NCBI GenBank assembly: GCA_001938485.1
Contig: MQRK01238430.1
Coordinates: 99,490-163,489 of the forward strand
Direction of reading: 5' to 3'
DNA from: Girardia tigrina
Taxonomy: Eukaryota
Length of the DNA stretch: 64,000 bases
Part shown: in pieces, positions 52,701 to 64,000 of the stretch
Position numbering within the stretch: position 1 is the stretch's first letter
How the letters are laid out: each line of letters starts with the position of its first letter
Translations under genes and position numbers: made by a program
The notes under the pieces: model-generated
What the model saw: the letters and a program-made list of their open reading frames with translations, nothing else
The model's database searches: none
What the model was told of the DNA's origin: nothing

Positions 52701-55700
52701 TATTTTTGATGGTTATATCAAGGACATCCGTTGACATGAATTTACGGAAAGCATCTTCTGCATTTATAGCCTTACCGTCAGGTGTTATGCCCATATGATC
52801 TTTTATTACATCTTGAATATATCTTTTTTGATTTCTAAACTGCTTCTTGAATTAAACCTTACCAGTTTTTGACACTATTTGTTTGTTTGTCTCTTCTAAT
52901 TCTTCGTCTTCTCCTACTTCATCTTCATCGTTCAATTGATACTCTTTCTCATTGTCTTCAACTTCACTTGTCTCATCTTCTTCTCCTGATAAAATTAAAT
53001 CATTTTCTCCCGCAATATCAATTCTAAAATAAATAAAATAAATCAGTGAAATAAAATAAAATCAATATAAAAAGATAATATATAATATATAAATTATATT
53101 TAATATATAAATCAATATCAATGAAATAAAATAAAATCAATAAAATAAAACACAATAAATCAGTTAAAAAACTAATTAAAACCCCTTGCAAGATAAATAT
53201 GGACAAGAATCGGATCAGCTAAATGCACTTTCAAGTCCGGGACCGCAATAAAATTACACTGCTTAAAGCATTTTCAAAGATTTTCATTTAGTTTTAAAAT
53301 TTTAAGATTTTCATAAGTATGAACATTTTTGTCCATGCACAGTATTTGTAGGGTTAATGGACGGATTAAGTGATTTAATCAATAATGCTTCACAAGTAAC
53401 TCTTTCCCAAAAATTTTTTAAATTACTGGATTCATGAATTTAAAATTAACGGATTCAGGAGCATGGACGATTGGGTAATGGGAGTAATATTGCTGGACAT
53501 ATGAAGGGTTGTAAATCGGAGGTGAAAACAACTAATTTTAAAATATTGTACAGTAATTTTAAAAATTATTGGGAAAGTTACTTGTGAAATATTATTGATT
53601 AAATCACTTAATCCGTCCATTAATGTCCAAACAAGTCTCTCTTCCAATTTGTTGAAAATATTTAATTAGTTATTACGCAAGATGTTTGCATTTTCATCAA
53701 TCTTTATATATATAAGTAAGCGAAATTTTTGTTAATTCAGCCTGAAGATGGTGGAAAATCCACCGAAATATATTGCGACAATAAAATTTGATTTTAATGG
53801 CGTTCTTGATTTTAATGAAAATTTACCATTATTTTTTAAATTTCTTATTAATAAATATATACAAAGTTCTTTTTCAAATATAATCGTAACTTTTTTACAA
53901 ATAAATCTTTAGAATTTATAAAAATCGATAGAATAACATTTGGAAACACTACTCCAAATGCATCTGCTATAAAATTGATGGATTTGTCCGCACCGGATAA
54001 AAGGCCAGTGTATTTGACCGAAAATTCTCTCAGCAAATTGATCAGTTTTATCAAAGGAACAAGATATTATTCGATTGTTTTGGAATTCGATGTGAACTTT
54101 CGTCTGACCGGTACCGAGATCTCTGTGCTTTGTAAACATAAAAAGTTAGTTTATTGATTTAAGTGTACTTTTATGTGATTTATTGAATGAATGAGTTTTT
54201 CATTTTTTTACACGAAGAACTTTATCTTTTTTATTTATATTATTTTTTACGTGATCTTTGTGAATAGTTTAAGAAATTCGTATAAATTTTCAAATTTCAA
54301 AAATATTTAAAAATATATCATAAAATATATCAATTAAAAAATAAGCATTTTAAAATTAGAATAAAATAAGTTTGTTAGAACGCAAGATTAATATATACAA
54401 TACTTTATTCAAATCAAATTCAAAATTGTGTGCAACACTCAATTACTTAAATTATTATTTAAATTAATATTTAGTTAAATTAGTTTTGAGAGATTTCAGA
54501 AAATTCTAGAACCGATTGTTAATATTGATTTTTGTAAATTAAGTATTAAGGTAAATTATAATAATGAAAATTCCTCAATAACTTCATTATCCAACACGAA
54601 AATATGGAAGGTAACATATATGACATTAAAGTGAAGTTTGGAAAATGACTACAGACGAAGACGGACTAAAATAAGCATTGAAATAGATAGACACTCAGAA
54701 CAAAAAATCTGTAGATGCATATTTATCGGAAATTACTTGGATATGTGGTGCACAAACTTGCTACGATATAGGATACATATGAATGTAGGATACATAAACA
54801 CAAAACCAAGATGACAACCAATAAAATTTGAGCGAGACATATAAAAGGAATATTGAAAGATGTTATTGTTGCTAAAATTGATAACAAGTATCGTGGTTCC
54901 AAACATTAAAACAACATATTTTGTATAACATATTAACAAGTGTCATGCTGGTAGTAAAAAAGTTCATAATTATCTCAAAAATGATTTTGATAAGGATAAT
55001 ATGCGAGTGATAGTAAAAGAAATAGTAGTACTATTATCGTACAATGTGTAGATTGGGAAATGTGAATGGATACCACTACATATTGGCCATAATCGACCAA
55101 TTAGAAGATGTATTAGTAAGAACACAGTGATAAATCAAGATAAAAAATCGCACTAAACGTCCTACTAGATTGATGGATATGGAAATTTAGATCACCAAAA
55201 GAAGTTCACATGGACAGAGGGAAAAATTTTAAGCATCGCTGTTGAAAGATTCATTCAAAAAATTCGAAGTAGAAATAGTTTCCTCTAGTCCTAATCATCA
55301 CAATACAAATTAAATCATGGAAAGGTAGTTTAGAACAATTGAAAATGTGTCCTGTAATCGCATTTACAAAAGAACTTTAATTATATTATTTATAAATAAT
55401 AAGTGATACAGAAATAATAGTGTTGCATTTATATAAATATAATATTTACACTGATAATAGAAAATAAGAAAAATACTTCAAGTAATAACAAAATAAATTG
55501 AAAACAATTTTTGCATAGATTAGTTGTTCAAATATTTAAAGTTTCATCATTTTATTTTTTGTTTATTTGTTCAGTTAATAAATAACTCTCGTCTTTTTAT
55601 ATTTAATAAATTCTAGACTAAAGCATCAAATTTCGATAAATGAATAATAATTTATTATTTTTTATCATTTTCTGGTAATTCGAGAAGACTATTTTCAATA

Positions 55701-58700
55701 AAACAGACTATAAATAAAAATATAAAATAAGAATTTTATTTAAAATTTAGAATTAGCATTGTGATTGACATCGTTATATAATATTGTTAATTTAATTTTA
55801 TATTTTGATCAAAAACGTATCTAATCAAAATTCTTCAAATACAAATGCAGTGACAATAGAATTTTTCTGAGATTGATGAATAATATCTATCAGTCATATG
55901 TGTCAATTATTCATCTTCCAAAAAAGTTACATCAAAAATTAATAAAATATCTTTTAAATGTGCAGCTAATGATTTATTAATATTTCTAGAGGCTCAATTA
56001 TTATACGAGAAAATTATAAAATTAAATTTGAATAATTATTGTAATTAGTGTAATAATAGAAGCATAATTTAATCAGAAATATAATTCAACCTAATATTTT
56101 CAATTAATATAATGAATTTGTAAAGTTTATTTTCAAAGATTAAATTTATTTATTTTAATGAAACGTCCAAAAAATTTTTTTAATAGTGAATCTGTTTACT
56201 GAAGAATGGTATTACAGAGTTTTTAAAATGTTTTCTTAGAAAACAAATTCTAAATAACAATTATCAGTATAAATCCGAAAAAAAGATTTTGTCTTATAAA
56301 TTGTATTAGTTATTATAGTTTTGGTGTGATTTTAGATATTTGCCTCGAATAGTCAACTGGATTAATCTGTTAACCCGTTATACCCTCCTTGGACGTGAGC
56401 TATTATGACATAGCATCTGTATAGATGCTGTTTATAATCATTACAAGAAATTATGTGCTTTCTATGATCGTGTATCTATTTATACCCAACAACAAAAACG
56501 TTTTCTATTTATCAAAGCACTGTGAACATAAATACTTTAATATAGTTGAGGATAGTTGTATTTGTACATTGATTTTAGAATCATTAAATGTTATCATAAA
56601 TGCTTCACACGCATCGCCCTTGCTATAATTATTAGGTTGGTCGAAAAATAATGGCGGTTTTGGGACAAACTTCAAAGACGTGCAAATTCACAGAAACAAA
56701 AGTTTATTAATCAAAGTATGAACCGTTGGCATCAATACATTTTTGCCANNNNNNNNNNNNNNNNNNNNNNNNNNNNNNNNNNNNNNNNNNNNNNNNNNNN
56801 NNNNNNNNNNNNNNNNNNNNNNNNNNNNNNNNNNNNNNNNNNNNNNNNNNNNNNNNNNNNNNNNNNNNNNNNNNNNNNNNNNNNNNNNNNNNNNNNNNNN
56901 NNNNNNNNNNNNNNNNNNNNNNNNNNNNNNNNNNNNNNNNNNNNNNNNNNNNNNNNNNNNNNNNNNNNNNNNNNNNNNNNNNNNNNNNNNNNNNNNNNNN
57001 NNNNNNNNNNNNNNNNNNNNNNNNNNNNNNNNNNNNNNNNNNNNNNNNNNNNNNNNNNNNNNNNNNNNNNNNNNNNNNNNNNNNNNNNNNNNNNNNNNNN
57101 NNNNNNNNNNNNNNNNNNNNNNNNNNNNNNNNNNNNNNNNNNNNNNNNNNNNNNNNNNNCCTGGATTCAAGAAACTATAGTGGATGATTCCAGCATCACA
57201 CCACCAAACTGTCACCATAACCTTACGGGGTGTTAGTTTCGGTTTTGAAAAGTGTTTCGGTACTTCATCTTTGTCCAATCACTGTGCAGATCGACGTCGG
57301 TTATCATACAGGATCCATTTCTCATCACAGGTAACAATACGATCAAGAAATGGATCGTTCTTATTGCGAAGATGATTGGCAGAACAAATTTCATAGCGTC
57401 GGTTCTTTTGATTTTCATTCAAATCATGTGGAACCCATTTATCAAGTTTCTTGATTTTTCCAAGTTGTTTTAAATGATCCAGGACTGTTGAATGACTAAT
57501 ACCAAACCCATCTGCAAGTTCTCTGATTGTTGTTGTTCACAGCAACTGGACGACCATGACATTCTTCATCTTCAAGGTTTTCATCTCCATCAGAAAATTT
57601 TCGGAACCATCGTTGCACTGTTCGCTCAGAAACTGTTCCCTTGCCAAACGCTTTATTGATATTGATAGCCGTTTCTGCTGCTTTACGACCCAGTTTAAAT
57701 CCGTACAAGAAAATTGCTCGAATTTTATTTTTTTTCATTATTAATTTAGCACCGTAAATATTCTAAAAAATAACAGCAATATGTTAATAATGGCTATAGG
57801 AATATACAGCTAGGCATAAGATTTCAAATAATATCTAACACTAATGCATTTAAACTTATATACATATCAAAGTAGATAAACAAAGTATAAAGCTCAAAAA
57901 CCGCCATTATTTTTCGACCATCCTAATATTAAACCGTCAACACAGAATTTTAAAGTTACCTAAATCTTATATTATTATACGTTTCTTTAACTTAGTTATA
58001 TAGGGATTACATGAACATCACTTTGGTATAAAAATCCTTAATATACCATTATTGGTTTTTGGGAACATTTATAACAAGTTTTCTACAATTTACAAAAAGG
58101 ATTACACATTAAAAATTAAAAATCTATGAAATAAAAATTGTTTTAAATAAGTTTTACTCTTTACTGCTTGATTTTTTTATTTTAATAAAAAAAATATATA
58201 ATATAGGAAATGAGAATGCGTTTAAGTTTTGATAAGCTAATTAACGATCATTAAAGTATTTAAGTAATCAAATGCATTTTAAAGGCGCCTAAATTAACAA
58301 TCTATTGTTTATATTTTTAATATTAATTACCGCTAATTAATAGAACTTTAAATCCATAAATAAACAACGTAAATTATACATTTTCTTTATCTTTTATGTT
58401 TGTCCTAACGATTTTTATATTTATCGCAGGTATCCAGAAGAAAATAAAATTGTTTTGAAAGATTTCTTCATCAATGGAATCCTTAACTTGAAGGTTACCC
58501 TTGATGCTGGAATTCCTTTTCCACATATTAGTGAACTCGCTCTCTATTTCAGTGAAAAACATATGTGAGAAATTATATTTTAATGTAATTTTTACTTCGT
58601 CAATTACACATTTTTTTATTTAAAATGTTGTCTATTTTTGATAATTAAATTACACTTTTAACATTTAACTTTAGATTAATTAGTTACTTAATGTTAATTA

Positions 58701-59046
58701 AATACCTTTTTATTGTAAACCAAATGACAAAGGTCTTGTTTAATAATCGTTGGTTTATTTTAAGAATAATGGCTTGATGAAAATAGAATGAATAAAGTCC
58801 CTCAATAAACAGGATAACAGCATTTTTCTATAAATAAATAATTTAATATCATTTTTTTCAGGCCAAAATTTGATTTTGATATATCTCTGAGTAACATATC
58901 GAATTTCAAGGACCGGTTTCGGATCTGGGTGTCGTGGATCATCCATTCCAATATTATAAAAAACAAGATTAAACTGTCAAATATTGGACTGATGGAAATG
59001 GAATCTCAATTCTTGTCGAATCAACAATGCATCTACGAAGGATCGG
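46733..59046 (+). CDS. N-terminal TM + SMP lipid-transfer domain protein (extended synaptotagmin/tricalbin-like), 3' incomplete; exons 46733-46744, 46796-47031, 47085-47170, 53913-54144, 58430-58564, 58862-59046
   Basis: Phase-compatible GT-AG introns; hydrophobic hairpin then GESAEWLNTLIQRWW, EFIKIDRITFGNTTP, IVLEFDVNF, LKDFFINGILNLKV...PFPHISELALYFSE..PKFDFDI, all SMP-domain hallmarks. Confidence 0.85.
47355..49460 (+). mobile_element. MULE transposase remnant split by the DD41D element
   Basis: MDGTFKT...FYQLYTI...LPLVYSLMTSK.ENNY (47355-47495) continues KRLFE...IMTDLE...NAV...FP...FHFGQ (49117-49300). Confidence 0.85.
47496..49114 (-). mobile_element. DD41D (rosa-type) Tc1/mariner transposon, composite
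   Basis: FQQD-x41-D spacing (QQDGVTCH...WPPRSCDVTPCD), DEAHF motif; ~60-bp TIRs at 47496 and 49114 with TA flanks; extra TIR-like end at ~48731-48755. Confidence 0.9.
49618..49658 (-). ncRNA. Minimal hammerhead ribozyme motif, degenerate antisense copy
   Basis: Minus strand CAC-CTGATGA-T-GTTCT-gata-AGAAT-GAAA-TCTG-TC; stem II better, stems I/III worse than the plus copy. Confidence 0.55.
49885..49924 (+). ncRNA. Minimal type I hammerhead ribozyme motif (predicted GUC cleavage after 49920)
   Basis: CAC-CTGATGA-T-GTTAT-gata-AGAAT-GAA-ACATGT-C-GTG: stem I CAC/GTG, palindromic stem III ACATGT, canonical GUC triplet. Confidence 0.75.
51006..51050 (-). ncRNA. Minimal hammerhead ribozyme motif (Penelope type)
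   Basis: Minus strand GC-CTGAAGA-T-GGTGGA-aaa-TCCACC-GAAATATATT-GC. Confidence 0.7.
51166..53353 (-). mobile_element. Full-length piggyBac (2188 bp) with TIRs and TTAA TSD
   Basis: TTAA at 51162-65 and 53354-57; TIR CCCTACAAATAC; 432-aa ORF with TIDE, TMDRY, GGVD..D catalytic motifs; acidic N-terminus and Cys-rich C-terminus in the same frame beyond single TAA codons. Confidence 0.97.
53736..53780 (+). ncRNA. Minimal hammerhead ribozyme motif (Penelope type)
   Basis: GC-CTGAAGA-T-GGTGGA-aaa-TCCACC-GAA-ATATAT-T-GC; perfect 6-bp stem II, palindromic AATATATT in place of stem III. Confidence 0.72.
54580..55340 (+). mobile_element. Highly decayed Gypsy pol/integrase remnant
   Basis: SPKEVHMDRGKNF and SSPNHHNTN integrase-like motifs. 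Confidence 0.55.
56632..57926 (-). mobile_element. mariner, same family as 3214-4383, inverted, in the SMP gene intron
   Basis: Same TIRs and near-identical 5' leader; WVPHDL and VTCDEKWI motifs; TA flanks; central gap. Confidence 0.95.
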
Positions 59047-59400
59047 GTATTATTATTTATTTAGAAAATCTAATAATATCATCAATTTAAAAATAAATTT
59101 AAAAGGACCTATTTTTACGGTTCGTATTTATACATTATAAAATAATTCTGTTATAAGTTGATACTTGTAATTTCATATACCGGTTTTACTGGAAAATTAT
59201 ACCTTATTTTTTTAAAAGTTTTTACTCTGACATATTAAATTTAATATAATTTAATTTAATATAAATAACAAATTTTCGTTATTATTAAATAATATCAACA
59301 TTTCAATTATAAGTTTTTTTATTAATAATGCAAATCTAATAAATTTTTAACAGTGAAAATTTAAGTAATGAAAGCTCTATCGATAACCTGAATAACATGT

Positions 59401-60445
59401 TTTTACCACGTTTTTATTAGCTTGCTTTCTTGTCTGTTTGTCTGGAACAAATTTTGCGATTGATATTTCGACCACTTTCAGTCATCCAATTGAGCTGAAT
59501 TTTTTATACAGGCTTACTTCCGATGACAATACAATTTGATAAAAAAATTTTGAAAAAAAAATATTTTTTTCTAATTTTCTTTGCAAAAAACCACTTACGG
59601 TTATCTACAAATTTATACACTGTATTAAATAGCAATCTTTTCGTTTATTTTCATGAATGAAGTTAAAACTCTTTCAAATTACCAAATAATTTTATTTTGA
59701 AGATTGAAATATTTTCAAAAAATTTTTTTCAATTAATTTTTTTACATTTTATACACACACACATGTATATATTGAAATAATCAATGGTATTTTACCACGT
59801 TTTTCTTAGCTTGGTTTCTTGTCTGTTTGTCTGTCTGGAACAAATCTTGCGATTGATTTTTCAACCACTTTCAGTCATCCAATTGAGCTGAATTTTTTTA
59901 TACAGGCTTGCTTCCGATGACAATACAATATTTNNNNNNNNNNNNNNNNNNNNNNNNNNNNNNNNNNNNNNNNNNNNNNNNNNNNNNNNNNNNNNNNNNN
60001 NNNNNNNNNNNNNNNNNNNNNNNNNNNNNNNNNNNNNNNNNNNNNNNNNNNNNNNNNNNNNNNNNNNNNNNNNNNNNNNNNNNNNNNNNNNNNNNNNNNN
60101 NNNNNNNNNNNNNNNNNNNNNNNNNNNNNNNNNNNNNNNNNNNNNNNNNNNNNNNNNNNNNNNNNNNNNNNNNNNNNNNNNNNNNNNNNNNNNNNNNNNN
60201 NNNNNNNNNNNNNNNNNNNNNNNNNNNNNNNNNNNNNNNNNNNNNNNNNNNNNNNNNNNNAAAAAGCAGTAAAGAGGAAATAGCAGTTACTAATAGCAGT
60301 AATTCAGAAATCCGCCCCACGTTTTTGGTTAGGTATAAAATTTCACACATGTCTAGAAAAAAATTATTTTCCTCTTTTTTTAGTGCATTGGTAATGCTTG
60401 AAAAACGTGGTTGTTTTTATAAAAAAAATTTTTTATTAATAATAT
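59401..60445. mobile_element. Two head-to-tail DINE-1/HINE-like repeats (copies B and C)
   Basis: TTTTACCACGTTTTT...TGTCTG starts at ~59401 and ~59790; 3' part matches 14657-14832. Confidence 0.65.
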
Positions 60446-62040
60446 TTTTAAAAATAAAATAATAGATTTTTTTTAAAAATTACCATATATATTTGTCTAA
60501 AATCGGTCATGCTCAATTGTCGGTCACGTTCGAAGTTTATTATGATAAAAATGCGAAATCGCAGAGGAACCGGAGCGAATCCATACTAGGATGTAGTTAA
60601 TCTGTTTAGCCGCATCGAGACGGATTTTGTTCGTGCCGCGCCGCCACCGAAAGGCGCTGGGAGCCGACTTAATTTACCGACTGTTAAATCAACACAGAAT
60701 TCGAAACTATAAATAATAAATTATAATAATTACGATTTAAAAATTAAATAAGAAACTTTCAAAGACGAAAATTCAGCTCAACCGTCATATATGACTGGTT
60801 TTTTTATAGTCATTAATAATTACCATAAACTTTTCATTGCGTGTTTCAGTTTATAACAATTTATCTTTGTTAAGGTGACATACATGCGAGATTATTGGAA
60901 TATTGTGAATAATCTTTAGTAAATTTCTGAATATAATTTATCTATCCCAGAAAACCTTTTAAAATATTTTAAAACGTAGCAAAATTTTCTAAAAAACTGG
61001 CACACATCGGTCCATCAGCTCCGATTCCGATATTAACAACAATTATGTTATAGAAATTTAGGGGATTTTTAGTAATTCTATTTTCAGCCGTTTTTATAAA
61101 TAAATGTTTAAGTACAATTTTATTCAGAATAATGGTCATTTAAATATTGAGAATTAAAATATCACATTAGAAATTATAAATATCTTACAGTCCCATTTTT
61201 AAACTTAATTTCTCTGCGTTACTGGTGACTATTTTGTTGTCAGTGTTACACAGTATTGTTGGGGTTCCGTAAAATATAAATTAAATTAAAAAAAAATAAT
61301 AAAAAAATTAAAAACAATAATCTAGTTAAAATTAATAATTTTTTGATTATTATAATAATTATTTTTATGAAATTTATAAATATTTGTAAATATTTTGAGA
61401 TTTGTTTTAGTTTTTCAATTTTCAAGGCTAGGAAAAACTAGTATATAAACAATTATTATTTTAGTCTTATTCTCACAAAATATTTCGGACAAAATATATT
61501 TTGCTGTTTCCATTAAAGTTTTTATGTAATGAATTGCGGTAATCTTTATTTTTATTTTTAAATATAATTACAAATTGAGTATCCTGTAAGGGAGAAAGTT
61601 TGTTATTTTTAAAATTACAGATATTGCTCGTTCAAAAAATCGATATTGAGTTGTATTGATTGAGTGTGCTTCAAATATTTGATTTGGCGATAAAATTCCA
61701 AATTCAGTTTGTGCTCAAGTGTCATTTGCAAATAAAGTTTATTAAAAAGAATTGTGTTCATTCCTTATATATTATTGTTGGAAGAAACCTTTTGGTCGAT
61801 TTGGAGTCAGATTATTAGTTTATTATAAACAAAGAAATAAAAGTGATTTAATTGTATACCCAACAGTATGTAGCTTCTATTATGAATTGTATATGGACCT
61901 TCAGACTTGTTCTAATGTTTGTCTTTAATGTCTTTCTTTATCCCAAGCATTCTCCTATCTGAAATTTTAGTACCGTTTTTTCGCAGTAATTGGTTTATTT
62001 CTCTTTAATTCCCTTTCTGATATCTATCACTGAAACAATA

Positions 62041-64000
62041 TGATAAGTCAAAGCTGATGGCAAAGATTTATTTTTCCGAACGAAAATCCACCGGCTCAAA
62101 GTTCCCGCAATTACTTAATCCAGTAAAACAATCGTATTTAATTCCGATTGCTATATCTCCACACGTCCCACTGCCCTCAAGGCACACAAGCAGATACTAC
62201 TGGAGCAGGGGGTACCCGATCACCAACACTGGCTTGAATTCCCGTACAGACGAATTCCTCGAATCTCGCTGGACGGCGAATAGCTCTTTGTCGCCGCCCC
62301 ACCGGAGACTCTACTTGCTCTTCTAACTCGCTTTCGACGGCTTGTGACCCATCTCGATCGCTACTTTCACTAATCGCGCGTGGATCGCTAGTATCCCTAA
62401 TCTCGGTTCGTCCGACATCATCACTGCTCGCTGTGGGTGCGGCCAACCGCACGTGATTTACGTGGTAGGGTCTGCCGTCGACTTCCACTTGATGTGGCAA
62501 GTGCAACCCGGTAATGGTTGCGTGTCTCCACTGTGACATGCATGAATAAGGTGGTGACTGTTTCACAAATACTTCATCTCCGATTCGAAATACCTTAGTT
62601 CGTATTTCTCGACTCCAACCGATGTTAGTGAGGTTGAATGGCTTCGGCAATTATAGCCTCCGACTGTATGCAAAGATGGTTGAGGCTGGAATGATGCCAC
62701 TTGCGTTTGGCGTTGCATTATACAATGCAACCATCTCACCCACCGGCCTGTTACTCCGAGTCACCATTCGTTTAATAGTCCTGTGGCCGCGTTCCACAAT
62801 TCTATTTCCGCTCGGACGGTTCACGCATCTGAAATGAGCTTCGATATCCACTCGTTCTAGCAATCTCGACACGCCCGACCCCCTGAAAGTGCAATAGTTA
62901 TCAGGAATTACTTCCTCTGATGGACCGAATTAGTTCCAGACGCTGTTCATTGTGGAACAGATGTCCGCTTCACTCTCCGTTGCAATTTGGCACCATAACA
63001 TAAATCGCCCGGGGCCGCAGTCCACCACGGTCAGAAATTTTGCCGCCCCAACGTGTGTTACATCCACAGCAACTCGGGTCCATGATTTCCTTACCCCAAG
63101 ATCACCTTTCTCCCACTGAATCACTCCTGAATCACTGCTCTGATTTGGTCTTCTGACACCTTGCCCGGACCCCATATTTTTCTAGCTAGGAACATCGATC
63201 TTCTCACTCCGAAATGATGCATCTCGTGAAGTTGCTTTAGACCGTTCACTGATTCCCATTGACCTCTGACAGTTACGGCTGCAGCCACCGCGGGGTTTCT
63301 CGCCAACGTCCACCAGCTGGATGGAACCCGAGTCAGTGAGTCCGATTTGTTTTATTCTGATCGGACCAGTGTTATGATGACTTTCAATTTCTCTTCCTCG
63401 ACGACTTGTTTAAATAGGCCCACCCGTCTCCGGATTAGAATCTAACTGAGTGCCTGAGACGTAATCGGTTCGCGTCCTCGACGACGACGCCGCCTATTTC
63501 GACACATATACCAACCGTGATCGAGCTTGTGTCGCACCACACGCGCCCTCTCTCGATTTGCGGTACCTCCCATTCACCCTTGGCCGGATCTTCCGTTTGG
63601 ACCCGGTGCGCCAACTGTCGAGTTATTTCCTCAATTTGAGATTCTACGACCGTGTCCCATCCACAATCGCTGGCCATCCTTTTGATGATGCTGCACACCG
63701 GCCGTAACCAACCACAGACCGGGTAATGTCCCACAAACCGACCAGTCCACGCGAATAAATTGCGGCGAGTGACTTGCTCTGGCAGTGGTGGAAATTCTCC
63801 GTCACGGCGCAACCGTAATTGCCCGCCTTCGTCCACCTTAACCGAGAGACCCAGCATTCGACCGCCGTCTATGGGAACTGGATCTTTCGCCTCTAATCCG
63901 AAGCACTGCAACACTTTTAGAATTCGATTTACTGGCATTTCGGCGACATTGACTGCGATGTCATCGTAGTGGGCGTCTGTGTTCGCCTGCACCAGCGGAT
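62041..64000 (-). mobile_element. 3' half of a GC-rich LTR retrotransposon (RT-RNaseH-integrase, PPT, 3' LTR 62164-62041)
   Basis: YDDI, VWCDTS, HHFGV, VAVDVTH, GNRIVERGHRTIK and RRPARFEEF motifs; GAGGGCAGTGGGAC then TGTGGAG...TATCA. Confidence 0.85.

Larger units (their letters stand above)
50973..53813. mobile_element. Inverted pair of Penelope-like element 3' ends (GIY-YIG C-terminus + pseudo-LTR), left arm interrupted by piggyBac
   Basis: 50973-51165 plus 53354-53429 is the reverse complement of ~53550-53813; right arm encodes RIQEH...SNIAGH...C...NFKIL...CEILLIKSLNPSINVQ*. Confidence 0.85.
3705..60260. other. Assembly gaps or masked runs at 3705-4252, 14338-14529, 40606-40804, 56749-57159, 59934-60260
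   Basis: N runs, all inside repeat copies. Confidence 0.95.

Noticed and set aside
1-64000. tRNA, rRNA, snRNA or spliced-leader RNA genes
   Set aside because: None recognised by eye; tRNAscan-SE or Infernal would be needed to exclude them.

Overview
AT-rich, transposon-dense eukaryotic genomic DNA with five N gaps. The Dlg-type L27 exon and the 51-58 nt minimal introns suggest an invertebrate, possibly a flatworm; this is inference only. By reading splice sites manually I could assemble three host genes that the ORF track only fragments. (1) A 6-exon, 238-aa tandem DUF1330/dimeric alpha-beta-barrel gene on the minus strand (43116-29362), with a decayed duplicate of its own first three exons inside intron 3. 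(2) A transmembrane + SMP-domain (extended-synaptotagmin-like) gene on the plus strand (46733 to at least 59046). (3) The first two exons of a Dlg1/SAP97-type L27 gene on the minus strand (13487-13255). The rest is a nested transposon landscape: mariner, Tc1, DD41D, piggyBac, MULE, Helentron-like, Gypsy, BEL/Pao, RTE, an RLE-type LINE and Penelope remnants. The most striking non-coding signal is two unrelated fold-back elements inside one 6.7-kb intron of the SMP gene. Each carries a minimal hammerhead ribozyme motif on both arms, and one is split by a nearly intact piggyBac. All calls are by eye; no searches were run.
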